A DNA stretch of 63,829 nucleotides, filler included. It is 8 parts of 8 records of this genome, joined end to end, with 100 filler letters (N's around TTAATTAATTAA, not from the genome) between each part and the next. Parts side by side here need not be neighbours in the genome. Positions count along the whole stretch, not along the records: positions 4,987 to 11,558 come from SRR20825010_623; positions 11,659 to 30,761 come from SRR20825010_630; 6 more parts are not named here. The stretch is one strand, 5' to 3'. The position numbers were made by a program, and so were the translations under genes. Below are positions 9,085 through 19,978 of this stretch, one piece after another; position 1 is the stretch's first letter, and every line of letters starts with the position of its first letter. The notes under the pieces were generated by a model, which was given only the letters and a program-made list of their open reading frames with translations, had not been told where the DNA came from and ran no database searches.

Positions 9085-10355
9085 TGGCTGCTCATAACCT
9101 GAAACACGCGCTGTTTTGCGCCATTGTCACCCTGATCATTTCGTACCCCATTCTGGGATTCAACCTGGCCAGCGAAGGCACTACGGTTACCCTTGAAGGG
9201 GCCAAAACGTCTACCGTCATCGGCGTACTGCTCGCAGCGGTTATTGTCTTCCTGTTCCAGCTGTTCCGGGACAATCTGATGGGCTCACTGCGGCAGCTGC
9301 CCGCAGCAAACCCGCTGGCCAACCGCAAGCCCATGGAGCAGAGCAAGCGGCTGAAACTGGAATCGGCACTGCTCACGCTGATGATCATAGGCGCCCTTAT
9401 CTGGCCCTTTATCGCCTCCCGTGGCGCGGTGGATCTGGCTACCCTGGTGCTCATCTACGTCATGCTGGCCCTGGGCCTGAATGTGGTTGTCGGCCTCGCC
9501 GGCCTGCTGGACCTGGGCTACGTCGCTTTCTACGCCGTGGGGGCATATACCTTTGCGCTGCTGTCGCAGTATTACGGCATTTCATTCTGGTTTGCCCTGC
9601 CGATCGGTGCCCTGCTTGCGGCCCTGTTCGGGCTGGTACTTGGCTTTCCGGTGTTGCGACTGCGAGGGGATTACCTGGCCATCGTCACACTCGGTTTTGG
9701 CGAAATCATCCGCATCCTGCTGAACAACATGACCAACCTGACGGGCGGCCCCAATGGCATCGGCGGCATTCCCGACCCTACTCTGTTTGGCATGGAATTC
9801 GGCCGCCGGGTGAAGGAGGAAGGCAATACGTCGTTCCATGAAACCTTCGGCATCGCCTACAGCGGTGAGCACAAGGTGATTTTCCTGTACCTGATCGCTT
9901 TGGTACTGGCCGTCATTACCGCTATCGCTATTCGCCGCTTGATGCGGATGCCGGTAGGCCGTGCCTGGGAAGCCCTCCGCGAAGACGAGATTGCGGCCAA
10001 ATCCCTGGGGTTGAACCGAACTGCGGTGAAGCTTTCCGCCTTTACCATCGGTGCTTTCTTCGCCGGTTTTGCCGGTACGGTGTTCGCCTCCAAGCAGGGC
10101 TTTATCAGCCCGGAATCCTTTGTGTTCCTGGAATCGGCCATCATTCTGGCGATTGTGGTACTGGGCGGCATGGGCTCCCAGATGGGAGTCATCCTCGCTG
10201 CGATCGCGGTCACCATACTGCCGGAACTGGCACGGGAGTTCTCCGAGTACCGGATGTTGATCTTCGGCGCGGCCATGGTGTTGATGATGGTCTGGCGCCC
10301 GCAGGGCTTGCTGCCCATGCGACGCATCCACATTGAACTGAAAAAGCAGGAGTGA
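9084..10355 (+). CDS. livM: BCAA ABC permease
   Basis: [38 protein letters not shown]. Confidence 0.95.
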   Translation: MAAHNLKHALFCAIVTLIISYPILGFNLASEGTTVTLEGAKTSTVIGVLLAAVIVFLFQLFRDNLMGSLRQLPAANPLANRKPMEQSKRLKLESALLTLMIIGALIWPFIASRGAVDLATLVLIYVMLALGLNVVVGLAGLLDLGYVAFYAVGAYTFALLSQYYGISFWFALPIGALLAALFGLVLGFPVLRLRGDYLAIVTLGFGEIIRILLNNMTNLTGGPNGIGGIPDPTLFGMEFGRRVKEEGNTSFHETFGIAYSGEHKVIFLYLIALVLAVITAIAIRRLMRMPVGRAWEALREDEIAAKSLGLNRTAVKLSAFTIGAFFAGFAGTVFASKQGFISPESFVFLESAIILAIVVLGGMGSQMGVILAAIAVTILPELAREFSEYRMLIFGAAMVLMMVWRPQGLLPMRRIHIELKKQE

Positions 10356-10361
10356 CGGATA

Positions 10362-11117
10362 ATGCTTGAAGTACAGAATCTGTCGATGCGCTTTGGCGGG
10401 CTCCTGGCGGTGGATCAGGTGTCGCTGGACGTACAGGAACATGAGATTGTGGCTATCATCGGCCCCAACGGAGCCGGCAAAACCACCGTGTTTAACTGCA
10501 TGAGCGGTTTCTACAAGCCCACTGGTGGCAAGATCCTGTTCCAGGGAGGTGAAATCCAGGGTAAGCCGGACTTCAAGATTTCCCGCCTTGGCCTGGTCAG
10601 AACCTTTCAGCACGTGCGTCTGTTCAGCCGTATGACGGTGGTGGAGAACCTGCTGGTGGCGCAACATCGCCACCTCAACACCAATCTGCTCTCCGGCATA
10701 CTGAATACCCCGAACTATCGGGAGAAAGAGCAAAAGTCGCTGGACCGCGCCGCCTATTGGCTGGACAGGGTGGGACTGACGGATATGGCGAACCGGGAAG
10801 CCGGCAACCTGGCCTACGGCCAGCAGCGCCGTCTTGAGATCGCCCGCTGCATGGTGACCGAGCCCAAGCTACTGATGCTGGATGAACCCGCTGCAGGCCT
10901 GAACCCGGCCGAAACCAAAGACCTGAACCAGCTGATTATCAGTCTGAAGGAAGACTACAACGTGTCTGTGGTGCTGATTGAGCACGACATGAGCCTGGTG
11001 ATGGATATCTCTGACCGCATCAATGTGATCAACCAGGGGCGCCCCCTGGCCAGCGGCACACCGGATGAGATTCGCCGCAACGATGATGTCATCAAAGCCT
11101 ATCTGGGTGAGGCCTGA
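10362..11117 (+). CDS. livG: BCAA ABC ATPase
   Basis: GPNGAGKTT, LAYGQQRRLEIAR, LDEPAAG. Confidence 0.95.
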   Translation: MLEVQNLSMRFGGLLAVDQVSLDVQEHEIVAIIGPNGAGKTTVFNCMSGFYKPTGGKILFQGGEIQGKPDFKISRLGLVRTFQHVRLFSRMTVVENLLVAQHRHLNTNLLSGILNTPNYREKEQKSLDRAAYWLDRVGLTDMANREAGNLAYGQQRRLEIARCMVTEPKLLMLDEPAAGLNPAETKDLNQLIISLKEDYNVSVVLIEHDMSLVMDISDRINVINQGRPLASGTPDEIRRNDDVIKAYLGEA

Positions 11118-11126
11118 GGAATAACC

Positions 11127-11558
<432 letters not shown>

Positions 11559-11658
11559 NNNNNNNNNNNNNNNNNNNNNNNNNNNNNNNNNNNNNNNNNN
11601 NNTTAATTAATTAANNNNNNNNNNNNNNNNNNNNNNNNNNNNNNNNNNNNNNNNNNNN
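11559..11658. other. artificial contig spacer
   Basis: same N/TTAATTAATTAA/N linker. Confidence 0.99.
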
Positions 11659-12016
11659 GATGGTGCTGGCAAGGTATATGCAAATTTTGTCGCCCGATTT
11701 GTGCCGCGACATGCTGGGCAGGGTCATTAATATCCATCACAGTTTTCTGCCCAGTTTCAAAGGCGCGAAGCCCTACCAGCAGGCCTTTGACAGGGGGGTG
11801 AAGTTGATTGGTGCCACGGCGCACTATGTCACTTCGGATCTGGATGAAGGCCCGATCATTGAACAAGATGTGGCCCGTGTTGACCACTCCTTGACCCCAG
11901 AGGAACTGACCGCCCGCGGTCGCGACACCGAGTGCATGGTGTTGGCGCGTGCGGTGAAATGGCATTGCGAACACAGGGTTGTCCTGAACGGCCACAAAAC
12001 GGTGGTGTTTCAGTGA
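11659..12016 (+). CDS. purU: formyltetrahydrofolate deformylase, 5' truncated
   Basis: [36 protein letters not shown]. Confidence 0.93.
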
Positions 12017-12057
12017 ACCCCATTCAAATCACCTTGATACTTGTTGGAGTGCGTTGA

Positions 12058-12513
12058 ATGTCCCGATCAAAAGTCATCCATTCTTCACCCCAAGACATTG
12101 AGCAAGCCTTTTATGAGGCGCTCGAAGCCGCAGATCTGGAAGCCCTGATGGACCTGTGGGCCGATGACGAGCACGTGGTGTGCATTCACCCCGGTGGCCC
12201 TCGCGTTGAGGGGTACCACGATGTACGCGATTCCTGGAAAGAAATTCTTTCCGCGGGTGCCTTGCAAATTCGCGTGGTACCCGTGCATCGCGTGGAAGGT
12301 GTCATGGTGTCGGTTCACAACATTGTTGAACAAGTCATCATGAGCAGTTCCCGGGGCGAACCCCATGTGGTGCAGGTAAATGCGACCAATGTGTATCACA
12401 AAGGCCCGAACGGCTGGAAAATTGTGCTGCACCACGCAAGCCCCGCCATGGATTCCGAAGAGCTGGTTGAGGACGACCTTTCCGACTTCGACCCGCAGCC
12501 CACGCTGCATTAA
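12058..12513 (+). CDS. NTF2/SnoaL-like (YybH family) protein
   Basis: AFYEAL...W...CIHPG, ATNVY..GWKIVLHHAS. Confidence 0.8.
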   Translation: MSRSKVIHSSPQDIEQAFYEALEAADLEALMDLWADDEHVVCIHPGGPRVEGYHDVRDSWKEILSAGALQIRVVPVHRVEGVMVSVHNIVEQVIMSSSRGEPHVVQVNATNVYHKGPNGWKIVLHHASPAMDSEELVEDDLSDFDPQPTLH

Positions 12514-12528
12514 AAGGCTTGGTGCAGC

Positions 12529-13515
12529 ATGGTGTATCGTCCACCCTGGTGGCTTCCTGACGGCCATTCACAAACCATTCTGGCTGCACGCTGGGCCACT
12601 AAGCCCAGCGTGCATTATCACCGCGTGCGTTGGAACACCCCGGACGAAGACTTCATCGACCTTGATTTCACCGAATCCCCGGAAAACGCAAGCAAGCACC
12701 GTGTCCTGTGGGTACTGTTTCACGGGCTGGAGGGTTGTTCGCGCAGCCATTACAGCCTGGCCGTGATGAATCAGGCCCGCCTGGCGGGGGCTTTGGGGGT
12801 GGTGGTGCATTTTCGAGGTTGTTCGGGCGAGAACAACCTGAAGCCGCGTGCTTATCATTCTGGCGATTCAGCCGAAATGGACTGGATTCTGCGCCGCTTG
12901 CGCTCGACGTTTCCCGCTGTTGATCAAATGCATGTGGCCGGTGTTTCACTGGGCGGCAATGTGTTGCTGAAGTGGCTTGGTGAACAGGAAGGCGATGCCC
13001 GGCAGGTGGTTTCTTCAGCGGTGTCAGTCAGCGCGCCTGTGGACTTGCTGGCCGGTGCGAATTCACTGGCAAAGGGTTTTAATCGGGTGTACACCCGCAT
13101 GTTTTTGGGCTCGCTGATTCCAAAGTCAATTGAGAAGATCAAACGTTTCCCCGAGTTGGGAAATGTGGATGCGGTGGCCAGTTGCAAAGACTTCTTTGAT
13201 TTCGACAACCGTGTAACCGCGCCCTGGCATGGCTTCCGGGATGCCGAGCACTATTATGCAGTGTCATCGGCCAAGCCCCTGCTGAAGAATATTGCCGTAC
13301 CCACCTTGATGATTCATGCGAAGAATGATCCTTTCATGAACGGGCAACATTTGCCCACGGCCGGAGAAGTTTCAGGGCAGGTAAGCTGCCTGTTCACAGA
13401 GCACGGTGGTCATGTCGGTTTTGCCAATGGGCGCAGTTTGCGTTTGGGGCTGGACTGGCTGCCCAAGCAGTGCGATGCTTTCTTTGCGCAACACCCTGGA
13501 GCAAGCCGTGGATGA
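12529..13515 (+). CDS. YheT-family alpha/beta hydrolase
   Basis: HSQTI, FHGLEG, GVSLGG nucleophile, NDPF, GGHVGF. Confidence 0.88.
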   Translation: MVYRPPWWLPDGHSQTILAARWATKPSVHYHRVRWNTPDEDFIDLDFTESPENASKHRVLWVLFHGLEGCSRSHYSLAVMNQARLAGALGVVVHFRGCSGENNLKPRAYHSGDSAEMDWILRRLRSTFPAVDQMHVAGVSLGGNVLLKWLGEQEGDARQVVSSAVSVSAPVDLLAGANSLAKGFNRVYTRMFLGSLIPKSIEKIKRFPELGNVDAVASCKDFFDFDNRVTAPWHGFRDAEHYYAVSSAKPLLKNIAVPTLMIHAKNDPFMNGQHLPTAGEVSGQVSCLFTEHGGHVGFANGRSLRLGLDWLPKQCDAFFAQHPGASRG

Positions 13516-14134
13516 TCTGGTTGAAAAGGCCTTGGCGCGTTGGCCCAATGTGCCCGCCATTTCGGGTTGGCTGAAGTTGAACACGCAAGGTGACTGGTTG
13601 CTCACCGGCCCGGTGCCGGAAGGGCTGACGATTAGCCACCCGCGCATTTTGAATTTCATGGCACGCAATTACGGTTGTGAGCCCGATGGGCGGTATTACT
13701 TTCAGAATGGTCCCCAGAAAGCCTATGTACATTTGGCTTACACACCTTGGGTGTTCCGCATTCACCCATTGGCGCAGGGTGATTTGATGCTGAGTACCCA
13801 CACCGGCCTGATTGATTGGCCGCAAGCGATATTTCAAGACGAACAGGGCAGGGTGCTGATACAAGGCGAGCACGGTATTGGCCTGTTGCACAGCAATGAC
13901 ATGGATTTGCTGGCAGCAGGGTTGCAAGAAGCAGAAGATGCTTTGGTACACCGTGCAAGCTGGGCTGTGCCAGCGGAAGACCCGGATACCCTGATCGCCG
14001 CCCGCACCAAATTGCGCCGCGTAGCAGGCACGTCCACCGGGCGCAGGGAATGTTCGTTTACCGTACTCCCCATTCATTCTGCCGAGGTGGCAGAGCGGTT
14101 TAATTTTGATCCAAACCCGGAAGTCAATACGTGA
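13508..14134 (+). CDS. DUF2946-like protein
   Basis: starts (V)DDLVEKALARWPNVP..GWL; FQNGPQ..Y..L.YTPW; GTG overlaps the upstream stop. Confidence 0.7.
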   Translation: MDDLVEKALARWPNVPAISGWLKLNTQGDWLLTGPVPEGLTISHPRILNFMARNYGCEPDGRYYFQNGPQKAYVHLAYTPWVFRIHPLAQGDLMLSTHTGLIDWPQAIFQDEQGRVLIQGEHGIGLLHSNDMDLLAAGLQEAEDALVHRASWAVPAEDPDTLIAARTKLRRVAGTSTGRRECSFTVLPIHSAEVAERFNFDPNPEVNT

Positions 14135-15255
14135 AACCAATCCTGAAACAGCGGGGTGCATCGGCCACCGCATTGCTTGCGTTTGTGCTGTTCGTGGCCT
14201 TGCTGTATGTGCTTTACAACCAGTCCAGCATTGAAGGTTTTTTCACCAGCCGCCCTGAAAACGTGATTCCGCGCGTAGTGGAAGCCCGTGGCGATTTGTC
14301 GGCAGGTGAAAAAAGCGTGGTGGAGCTGTTTGAGGTGTCCAAGGGTTCAGTGGCCTACATTTTTACTGAAAGCGTACAGGGGCAACTGTTTTTCAGGCGA
14401 GTGGCCGAAGGAACAGGCTCCGGGTTCGTCTGGGACGACGCAGGTCATATTGTGACCAACGCGCATGTGGTGCAAGGTGCCAACAGAATTCGTGTACAGC
14501 TCGACGATGCCGAGGAGCCGTTGCCGGCGCGTTTGGTGGGTATTGCACCCTCTTATGATCTGGCGGTAATCCGTTTGGTGAGCAAGCCTGCCAACCTTCG
14601 GCCCATCCCCGTGGGCACGTCAGGAGACCTCATGGTGGGCCAGTCGGTGTTTGCCATTGGCAACCCCTTTGGTTTGTCCAAAACGCTGACGGCGGGCATC
14701 GTGAGCGCCTTGGGACGCACCTTGCCGGTTAGCAACGGGCGGGAAATTCCCGATGTGATTCAAACCGATGCGGCCATTAACCCAGGCAACTCGGGTGGGC
14801 CGCTTCTGGATTCTGCGGGGCGGTTGATCGGTGTGAACACGGCCATTTTGTCGCAAAGCGGCACCTCGGCCGGGGTGGGGTTTGCCATTCCGGTTGATCT
14901 GGTCAATGAAATTGTGCCCCAGTTGATTGAACGTGGCACTTTGCCCAGGCCTGGCATTGGCATTGCCGTGGCCGATGAAGCCCTGGCACGCCGTTTGGGC
15001 ATTCGTGGCATTGCCGTGATGGGGGTGGAACCAGGAACCCCAGCAGCCAAGGCAGGCCTCAAGCCATTTGACCTGCAAGCTGGTGTGGTTGGCGACATCA
15101 TTATTGCCGTTGATCGCAAGCCGGTTGCCAATGTGTTGCAACTGTCCAAGGCGCTGGAGGCTGTTGGGGTAGGCGGCACTGCGAATTTGCTGGTGATGCG
15201 CGGTGATGAAACCCGTGAAGTGGCTGTGCAGGTTGTAGACCTGGAAGTGCGTTGA
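14131..15255 (+). CDS. S1C (DegP/HtrA-like) serine protease with PDZ domain
   Basis: GSGFVWD, TNAHV, DLAV, IQTDAAINPGNSGG. Confidence 0.92.
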   Translation: MKPILKQRGASATALLAFVLFVALLYVLYNQSSIEGFFTSRPENVIPRVVEARGDLSAGEKSVVELFEVSKGSVAYIFTESVQGQLFFRRVAEGTGSGFVWDDAGHIVTNAHVVQGANRIRVQLDDAEEPLPARLVGIAPSYDLAVIRLVSKPANLRPIPVGTSGDLMVGQSVFAIGNPFGLSKTLTAGIVSALGRTLPVSNGREIPDVIQTDAAINPGNSGGPLLDSAGRLIGVNTAILSQSGTSAGVGFAIPVDLVNEIVPQLIERGTLPRPGIGIAVADEALARRLGIRGIAVMGVEPGTPAAKAGLKPFDLQAGVVGDIIIAVDRKPVANVLQLSKALEAVGVGGTANLLVMRGDETREVAVQVVDLEVR

Positions 15256-16058
15256 TGGACAACAGTTCAGACCAGGCTGATTTGGCCCGTCGCTTTGGTG
15301 GGCTTGACCGATTGTACGGCGATGGCGCGCACCTGTTTTTAAACCATGACGTACATGCCATGGTGGTGGGCGTTGGGGGAGTGGGTTCCTGGGCTGCCGA
15401 GGCATTGGCTCGAAGCGGTGTAGGGCGCATCACGCTTGTTGATCTGGACCACGTGGCGCCAAGTAATATAAACCGACAAATTCAGGCGTGCGATGCCACG
15501 CTGGGTCAAGAAAAAATCAAGGCGCTGGCGGCGCACATTCACAGCTACTTCCCCGGTTGCGAAATTACTTTGGTGGATGCGTTTTTAGAACCTGACAACG
15601 CACAGGAACTGCTAACCCGCTTTTCCGCTGCGGTCGGCGGGCACAAGGTGTTGCTGGATTGTTGCGACAATGTGAGGGCCAAAGTTGCCATGGTGAATTG
15701 GGCCAGGCGTTTGAACATTCCCTTGGTGTTGTCGGGCAGCGCAGGTGGAAAAACCAAGCCCTGGTTGGTACAGCCTGCTGATTTGCGCGACACCACCAAC
15801 GACCCCTTGTTGGCGAAGGTGCGTTACACCTTGCGCCGTGAGCACGGATACGCCAAAGATCCCCAGAAAAAGCTGGGCGTGGCGGTGTTTTATTCTGCAG
15901 AACAGGTTAAGCGAAGTGAGGTGTGCGAGCCATCGGCAGGGCTGAACTGCGCCGGTTATGGTTCAGTGGTTACAGTAACCGCCACCATGGGCATGCAAAT
16001 GGCCGCATGGGCCATTTCGCATTGCATTGGCAAACGCGCATTGAAACCTAGCGTTTGA
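15255..16058 (+). CDS. tcdA: tRNA threonylcarbamoyladenosine dehydratase (ThiF family)
   Basis: RRFGG..RLYG, GVGGVGSW, SNINRQ, DPLLAKVR, GYGS. Confidence 0.85.
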   Translation: MDNSSDQADLARRFGGLDRLYGDGAHLFLNHDVHAMVVGVGGVGSWAAEALARSGVGRITLVDLDHVAPSNINRQIQACDATLGQEKIKALAAHIHSYFPGCEITLVDAFLEPDNAQELLTRFSAAVGGHKVLLDCCDNVRAKVAMVNWARRLNIPLVLSGSAGGKTKPWLVQPADLRDTTNDPLLAKVRYTLRREHGYAKDPQKKLGVAVFYSAEQVKRSEVCEPSAGLNCAGYGSVVTVTATMGMQMAAWAISHCIGKRALKPSV

Positions 16059-16590
16059 ACAGGTCGCCGAACAGGTCTTCCGCTTTTTCTACCTTTGGGG
16101 CTACCACGTAGGCGCAGTAGGGCTGCATGGGGTTGTTCTCGAAGTACTCCTGGTGGTATTTCTCGGCTGGAAAATAATTCAGCAGTGGAGAAATTTCTGT
16201 CACCACTTTGTCCCGGAATATTTTCCGTTTTGCGAGGTCTTCCACAAAAGCAACGGCTGTGTCGTGCTGTTCCGGTGTGTGAAAAAAAATGACCGACCGG
16301 TACTGTGTACCGATGTCGTTGCCTTGCCTGTTCAATGTGGTGGGATCGTGAATGGCGAAAAATACGGCCAATATTTTGCGAAAGGAAATGATTTCCGGGT
16401 CGTAGTGCAAGCGAATTACTTCGGCATGCCCGGTTTTACCTCCGCACACCTTGTCGTAATTTGGGGCGGGGTCTTGGCCACCGCTGTAACCCGATTCACA
16501 CTGTTCGATTCCCTTCAGTTGCCGGAAAACGGCTTCGGTGCACCAGAAGCAACCCCCACCCAGGGTTGCCTGTTCGATATTGCTCGACAT
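16048..16590 (-). CDS. msrA: peptide-methionine (S)-S-oxide reductase
   Basis: GGGCFWC, TGHAEV, RQGNDIGTQYRS, AEKYHQ. Confidence 0.95.
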   Translation of the reverse strand: MSSNIEQATLGGGCFWCTEAVFRQLKGIEQCESGYSGGQDPAPNYDKVCGGKTGHAEVIRLHYDPEIISFRKILAVFFAIHDPTTLNRQGNDIGTQYRSVIFFHTPEQHDTAVAFVEDLAKRKIFRDKVVTEISPLLNYFPAEKYHQEYFENNPMQPYCAYVVAPKVEKAEDLFGDLFKR

Positions 16591-16725
16591 AGATCAAAGC
16601 CTATTTTTATTGTTCCCACAATCGCTAAGTGAAACGGTAAGTGGAACCCAAGTCAAGCCTTTTGGTCTGAATTTTAGGCTTCAGGCGTTGTATACTCGGC
16701 GCGAACCCATCACAACTTTAAGGAG

Positions 16726-17067
16726 ATGACTGTGATTTCATCCGCGTTTGCGCAATCCGCAGCCGCTGGCCCGGAAAGCGGCCTTTTGAGCTTCTTGCCT
16801 CTCATCTTGATGTTTGGTGTACTTTATTTTTTGGCGATTCGTCCCCAAATGAAGCGCCAGAAAGAACACAAATCCATGGTGGAAGCCCTTCAGAAAGGCG
16901 ATGAAGTAATTGCTTCGGGCGGTTTGCTGGGAAAAATCAGCAAAATCAACGAATCGTACATCACGCTGGAAGTGGCTGAAATGGGTGACAAGCCCGTTGA
17001 AGTGGTTGTTCAGCGCGCTGCTGTGCAAAGTCTGCTGCCCCGCGGCACCCTGAAAGAAACTCGTTAA
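16726..17067 (+). CDS. yajC: preprotein translocase subunit
   Basis: YFLAIRPQMKRQKEH..M...L.KGDEV; upstream of secD. Confidence 0.93.
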   Translation: MTVISSAFAQSAAAGPESGLLSFLPLILMFGVLYFLAIRPQMKRQKEHKSMVEALQKGDEVIASGGLLGKISKINESYITLEVAEMGDKPVEVVVQRAAVQSLLPRGTLKETR

Positions 17068-17076
17068 TTTGCCGTC

Positions 17077-18969
17077 ATGAATCGATACCCTGTCTGGAAG
17101 TACCTGTTGATCGCCGTTGTGTTGGTGCTGGGGGTGTTGTACACCTTGCCCAATTTCTACGGCGAAGCGCCCGCAGTACAAGTTTCAAGTGGCAAGTCCA
17201 CAATGAAATTGTCGCCTGAACTGGCAGACACTTTGTCCGCACAGCTTGAGGAGCAGGGGACTCAGCCCGACGGGGTATTTTTCGAGGAAACACTGGGCGG
17301 TGGCACAGTGAAGCTTCGCTTTAATAGCTCAGACGAGCAATTGAAAGCGCGCGACTTTCTGCAAAGCAAGCTGAATCCGGATGAAAGTGATCCCGATTAC
17401 ATCGTGGCCCTGAACCTGTTGTCACGTTCACCTGACTGGCTGACCAGCATCAATGCCTTGCCCATGTACCTGGGGCTTGATTTGCGCGGTGGCGTGCACT
17501 TCCTGCTTCAAGTTGACATGGACGCAGCGCTGGAAAAGCGCAAGGATGCATTGCTGGCCAGCGCCAAGCAAACCCTGCGTGAACAGGGCTTGCGTTACGC
17601 CAGTGCCACACGCACGCCCGCAGCTTTTACCATGACATTCCGCGATGCGGACACCCGTGCCAAGGCGCAAGCTGCATTGGCCAAAGATTCCCCTGACCTA
17701 CAGTTGCAGGCAGTAGAGAACGGCAATGATTTCACGCTGACCGCAGGCATTGAACCGCAGATTGAGCAACAGGCGCGTGAATATGCACTGCGCCAGAACA
17801 TCACGACCCTGCACAACCGGATCAATGAACTGGGCGTTGCAGAACCCGTGATTCAGCGCCAAGGCGCGGACCGCATTGTGGTTCAGCTGCCCGGTGTGCA
17901 AGACACAGCAAAAGCAAAAGACATTCTGGGCCGCACCGCCACGCTGGAAGTGCGCATGGTGGACGACAGCCCCGAGGCACAGTCGGCTCTGGCCAGTGGC
18001 ATTGTGCCGTTTGGCCTGGAGCGTTTCACAGAGCGCGGCGGACGCGATCTGTTGTTGAAATCAGAAGTGATTTTGACGGGCGATAACCTGACCGATGCAC
18101 AGGCCGGGTTCGATAACCAAACCCAGGAACCCGCCGTGCATCTGTCGCTTGACAGCCAGGGGTCGCGAATTTTCAGAAACATCACAGCCGAAAGCATTGG
18201 CAAGCGCATGGCCATTGTGTTGATCGAGAAAGGCAAGGGCGAGGTTGTTACAGCCCCTGTGATTCGTGGCGAAATTGGTGGTGGCCGGGTGCAAATTTCC
18301 GGCAGCATGAACACCGTAGAGTCTGCTGACCTGGCCTTGTTGCTGCGCGCTGGTTCGCTGGCCGCACCCATGGACATTATTGAAGAACGGACCATCGGGC
18401 CAAGCCTTGGTGCCGACAACATTGACAAGGGCCTTAGTTCCACATTGTATGGTTTTATCGCGCTGGGCATTTTCATGATGGCGTATTACCTGCTGTTTGG
18501 TGTGTTTTCGGTGTTTGCACTGGCCGTGAACGTGTTGTTGCTGTTTGCTTTGTTGTCGGTGTTGCAGGCCACGCTGACCCTTCCTGGTTTGGCCGCTGTG
18601 GCGCTTACCCTGGGTATGGCCATTGATGCCAACGTGCTGATCAACGAGCGAATTCGGGAAGAGCTGCGCGACGGTGCGCAACCGCAGCAGGCTATTGCGG
18701 CCGGTTACGAGCGTGCCTGGGCCACCATTCTCGATTCCAACATCACAACCTTGATTGCTGGTTTGGCCCTGCTGGTATTTGGTTCTGGCCCTGTACGTGG
18801 TTTTGCGGTGGTTCATTGCCTGGGCATTCTCACTTCAATTTTCAGTGCAGTTGTTGTGTCGCGTGGCGTGGTGAATTTGTGGTACGGCAGCAAAAAGAAA
18901 CTTGAATCTGTGAGCATTGGGCAAATTTGGCGCCCCGATACAAATACAGCCGTGGCCAAAAAAGCCTGA
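17077..18969 (+). CDS. secD: protein translocase subunit SecD
   Basis: LGLDLRGGVHF, RINELGVAEP, TIGPSLG, DANVLINERIRE. Confidence 0.97.
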   Translation: MNRYPVWKYLLIAVVLVLGVLYTLPNFYGEAPAVQVSSGKSTMKLSPELADTLSAQLEEQGTQPDGVFFEETLGGGTVKLRFNSSDEQLKARDFLQSKLNPDESDPDYIVALNLLSRSPDWLTSINALPMYLGLDLRGGVHFLLQVDMDAALEKRKDALLASAKQTLREQGLRYASATRTPAAFTMTFRDADTRAKAQAALAKDSPDLQLQAVENGNDFTLTAGIEPQIEQQAREYALRQNITTLHNRINELGVAEPVIQRQGADRIVVQLPGVQDTAKAKDILGRTATLEVRMVDDSPEAQSALASGIVPFGLERFTERGGRDLLLKSEVILTGDNLTDAQAGFDNQTQEPAVHLSLDSQGSRIFRNITAESIGKRMAIVLIEKGKGEVVTAPVIRGEIGGGRVQISGSMNTVESADLALLLRAGSLAAPMDIIEERTIGPSLGADNIDKGLSSTLYGFIALGIFMMAYYLLFGVFSVFALAVNVLLLFALLSVLQATLTLPGLAAVALTLGMAIDANVLINERIREELRDGAQPQQAIAAGYERAWATILDSNITTLIAGLALLVFGSGPVRGFAVVHCLGILTSIFSAVVVSRGVVNLWYGSKKKLESVSIGQIWRPDTNTAVAKKA

Positions 18970-19000
18970 CCACCAACCGAACTAAGTGAATTAAAAGCAC

Positions 19001-19954
19001 ATGGAACTATTCAGGATTAGAAACGACATTCCGTTCATGCGGCATGCCAAGATTTTCAACATCATTTCCTTCCTTACCTTTGCGGCGGCTGTGTTTTTTC
19101 TGTCCACCAAGGGTTTGAACCTCAGTGTTGAATTCACCGGTGGCGTGTTGGTCGAGGCGCGTTATTCACAGCCAGCAGAACTTGAGAAAATTCGCGAAGG
19201 TTTGCGAGCAACGGGCATTGATGAGCCGCAGGTTCAGAACTTTGGCACTGCGCGAGATGTGTTGGTGCGCTTGGCGGTGAAAGACCTGCAGTCGGGTGTG
19301 TTGGGTTCCGAAGGCAAGTTGAACCAGCAGGCGATGACAGACCGGGTGTTGAGCCTGGGTGGCCCGGATGTTCAGCTGATGCGGGTTGAATTTGTGGGCC
19401 CACAAGTGGGGCGCGAACTGGCGGAAAACGGTGTGATTGCCTTGCTGGTGGTGATCATCGGCATCATGATTTATCTGGCCTTGCGTTTTGAATGGAAGTT
19501 CGCAGTATCGGCGATTGTGGCCAACCTGCACGACGTGGTCATTATTCTTGGCTTCTTCGCGTTTTTTGGTTGGGAGTTTTCCCTCTCTGTTCTTGCTGCG
19601 GTTTTGGCTGTTCTTGGTTATTCCGTGAACGAATCGGTGGTGGTTTTTGACCGAATTCGGGAAACATTCAAGAAAGTCCGGAAAATGACCGTTGAAGAAA
19701 CAATTGACCACGCAATTACAAGAACCATTTCGAGAACCATCATTACCCACGGTTCCACACAGATCATGGTGTGTTCCATGTTGTTTTTCGGTGGCCCTAC
19801 TTTGCACGGTTTCGCCTTGGCTTTGACCATTGGTATCTTGTTTGGTATTTACTCATCGGTGTTGGTGGCAAGCCCCATGCTGATGTGGATGGGTTTGACC
19901 CGTGACGATCTGGTTAAACCGGTGAAAAAAGACAAAGAATTCGAAACCCCGTAA
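19001..19954 (+). CDS. secF: protein translocase subunit SecF
   Basis: EFTGG, VGPQVGREL, GYSVNESVVVFDRIRE. Confidence 0.96.
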   Translation: MELFRIRNDIPFMRHAKIFNIISFLTFAAAVFFLSTKGLNLSVEFTGGVLVEARYSQPAELEKIREGLRATGIDEPQVQNFGTARDVLVRLAVKDLQSGVLGSEGKLNQQAMTDRVLSLGGPDVQLMRVEFVGPQVGRELAENGVIALLVVIIGIMIYLALRFEWKFAVSAIVANLHDVVIILGFFAFFGWEFSLSVLAAVLAVLGYSVNESVVVFDRIRETFKKVRKMTVEETIDHAITRTISRTIITHGSTQIMVCSMLFFGGPTLHGFALALTIGILFGIYSSVLVASPMLMWMGLTRDDLVKPVKKDKEFETP

Positions 19955-19978
19955 ACCGGGTTCAGCGAGTGAGGCAGC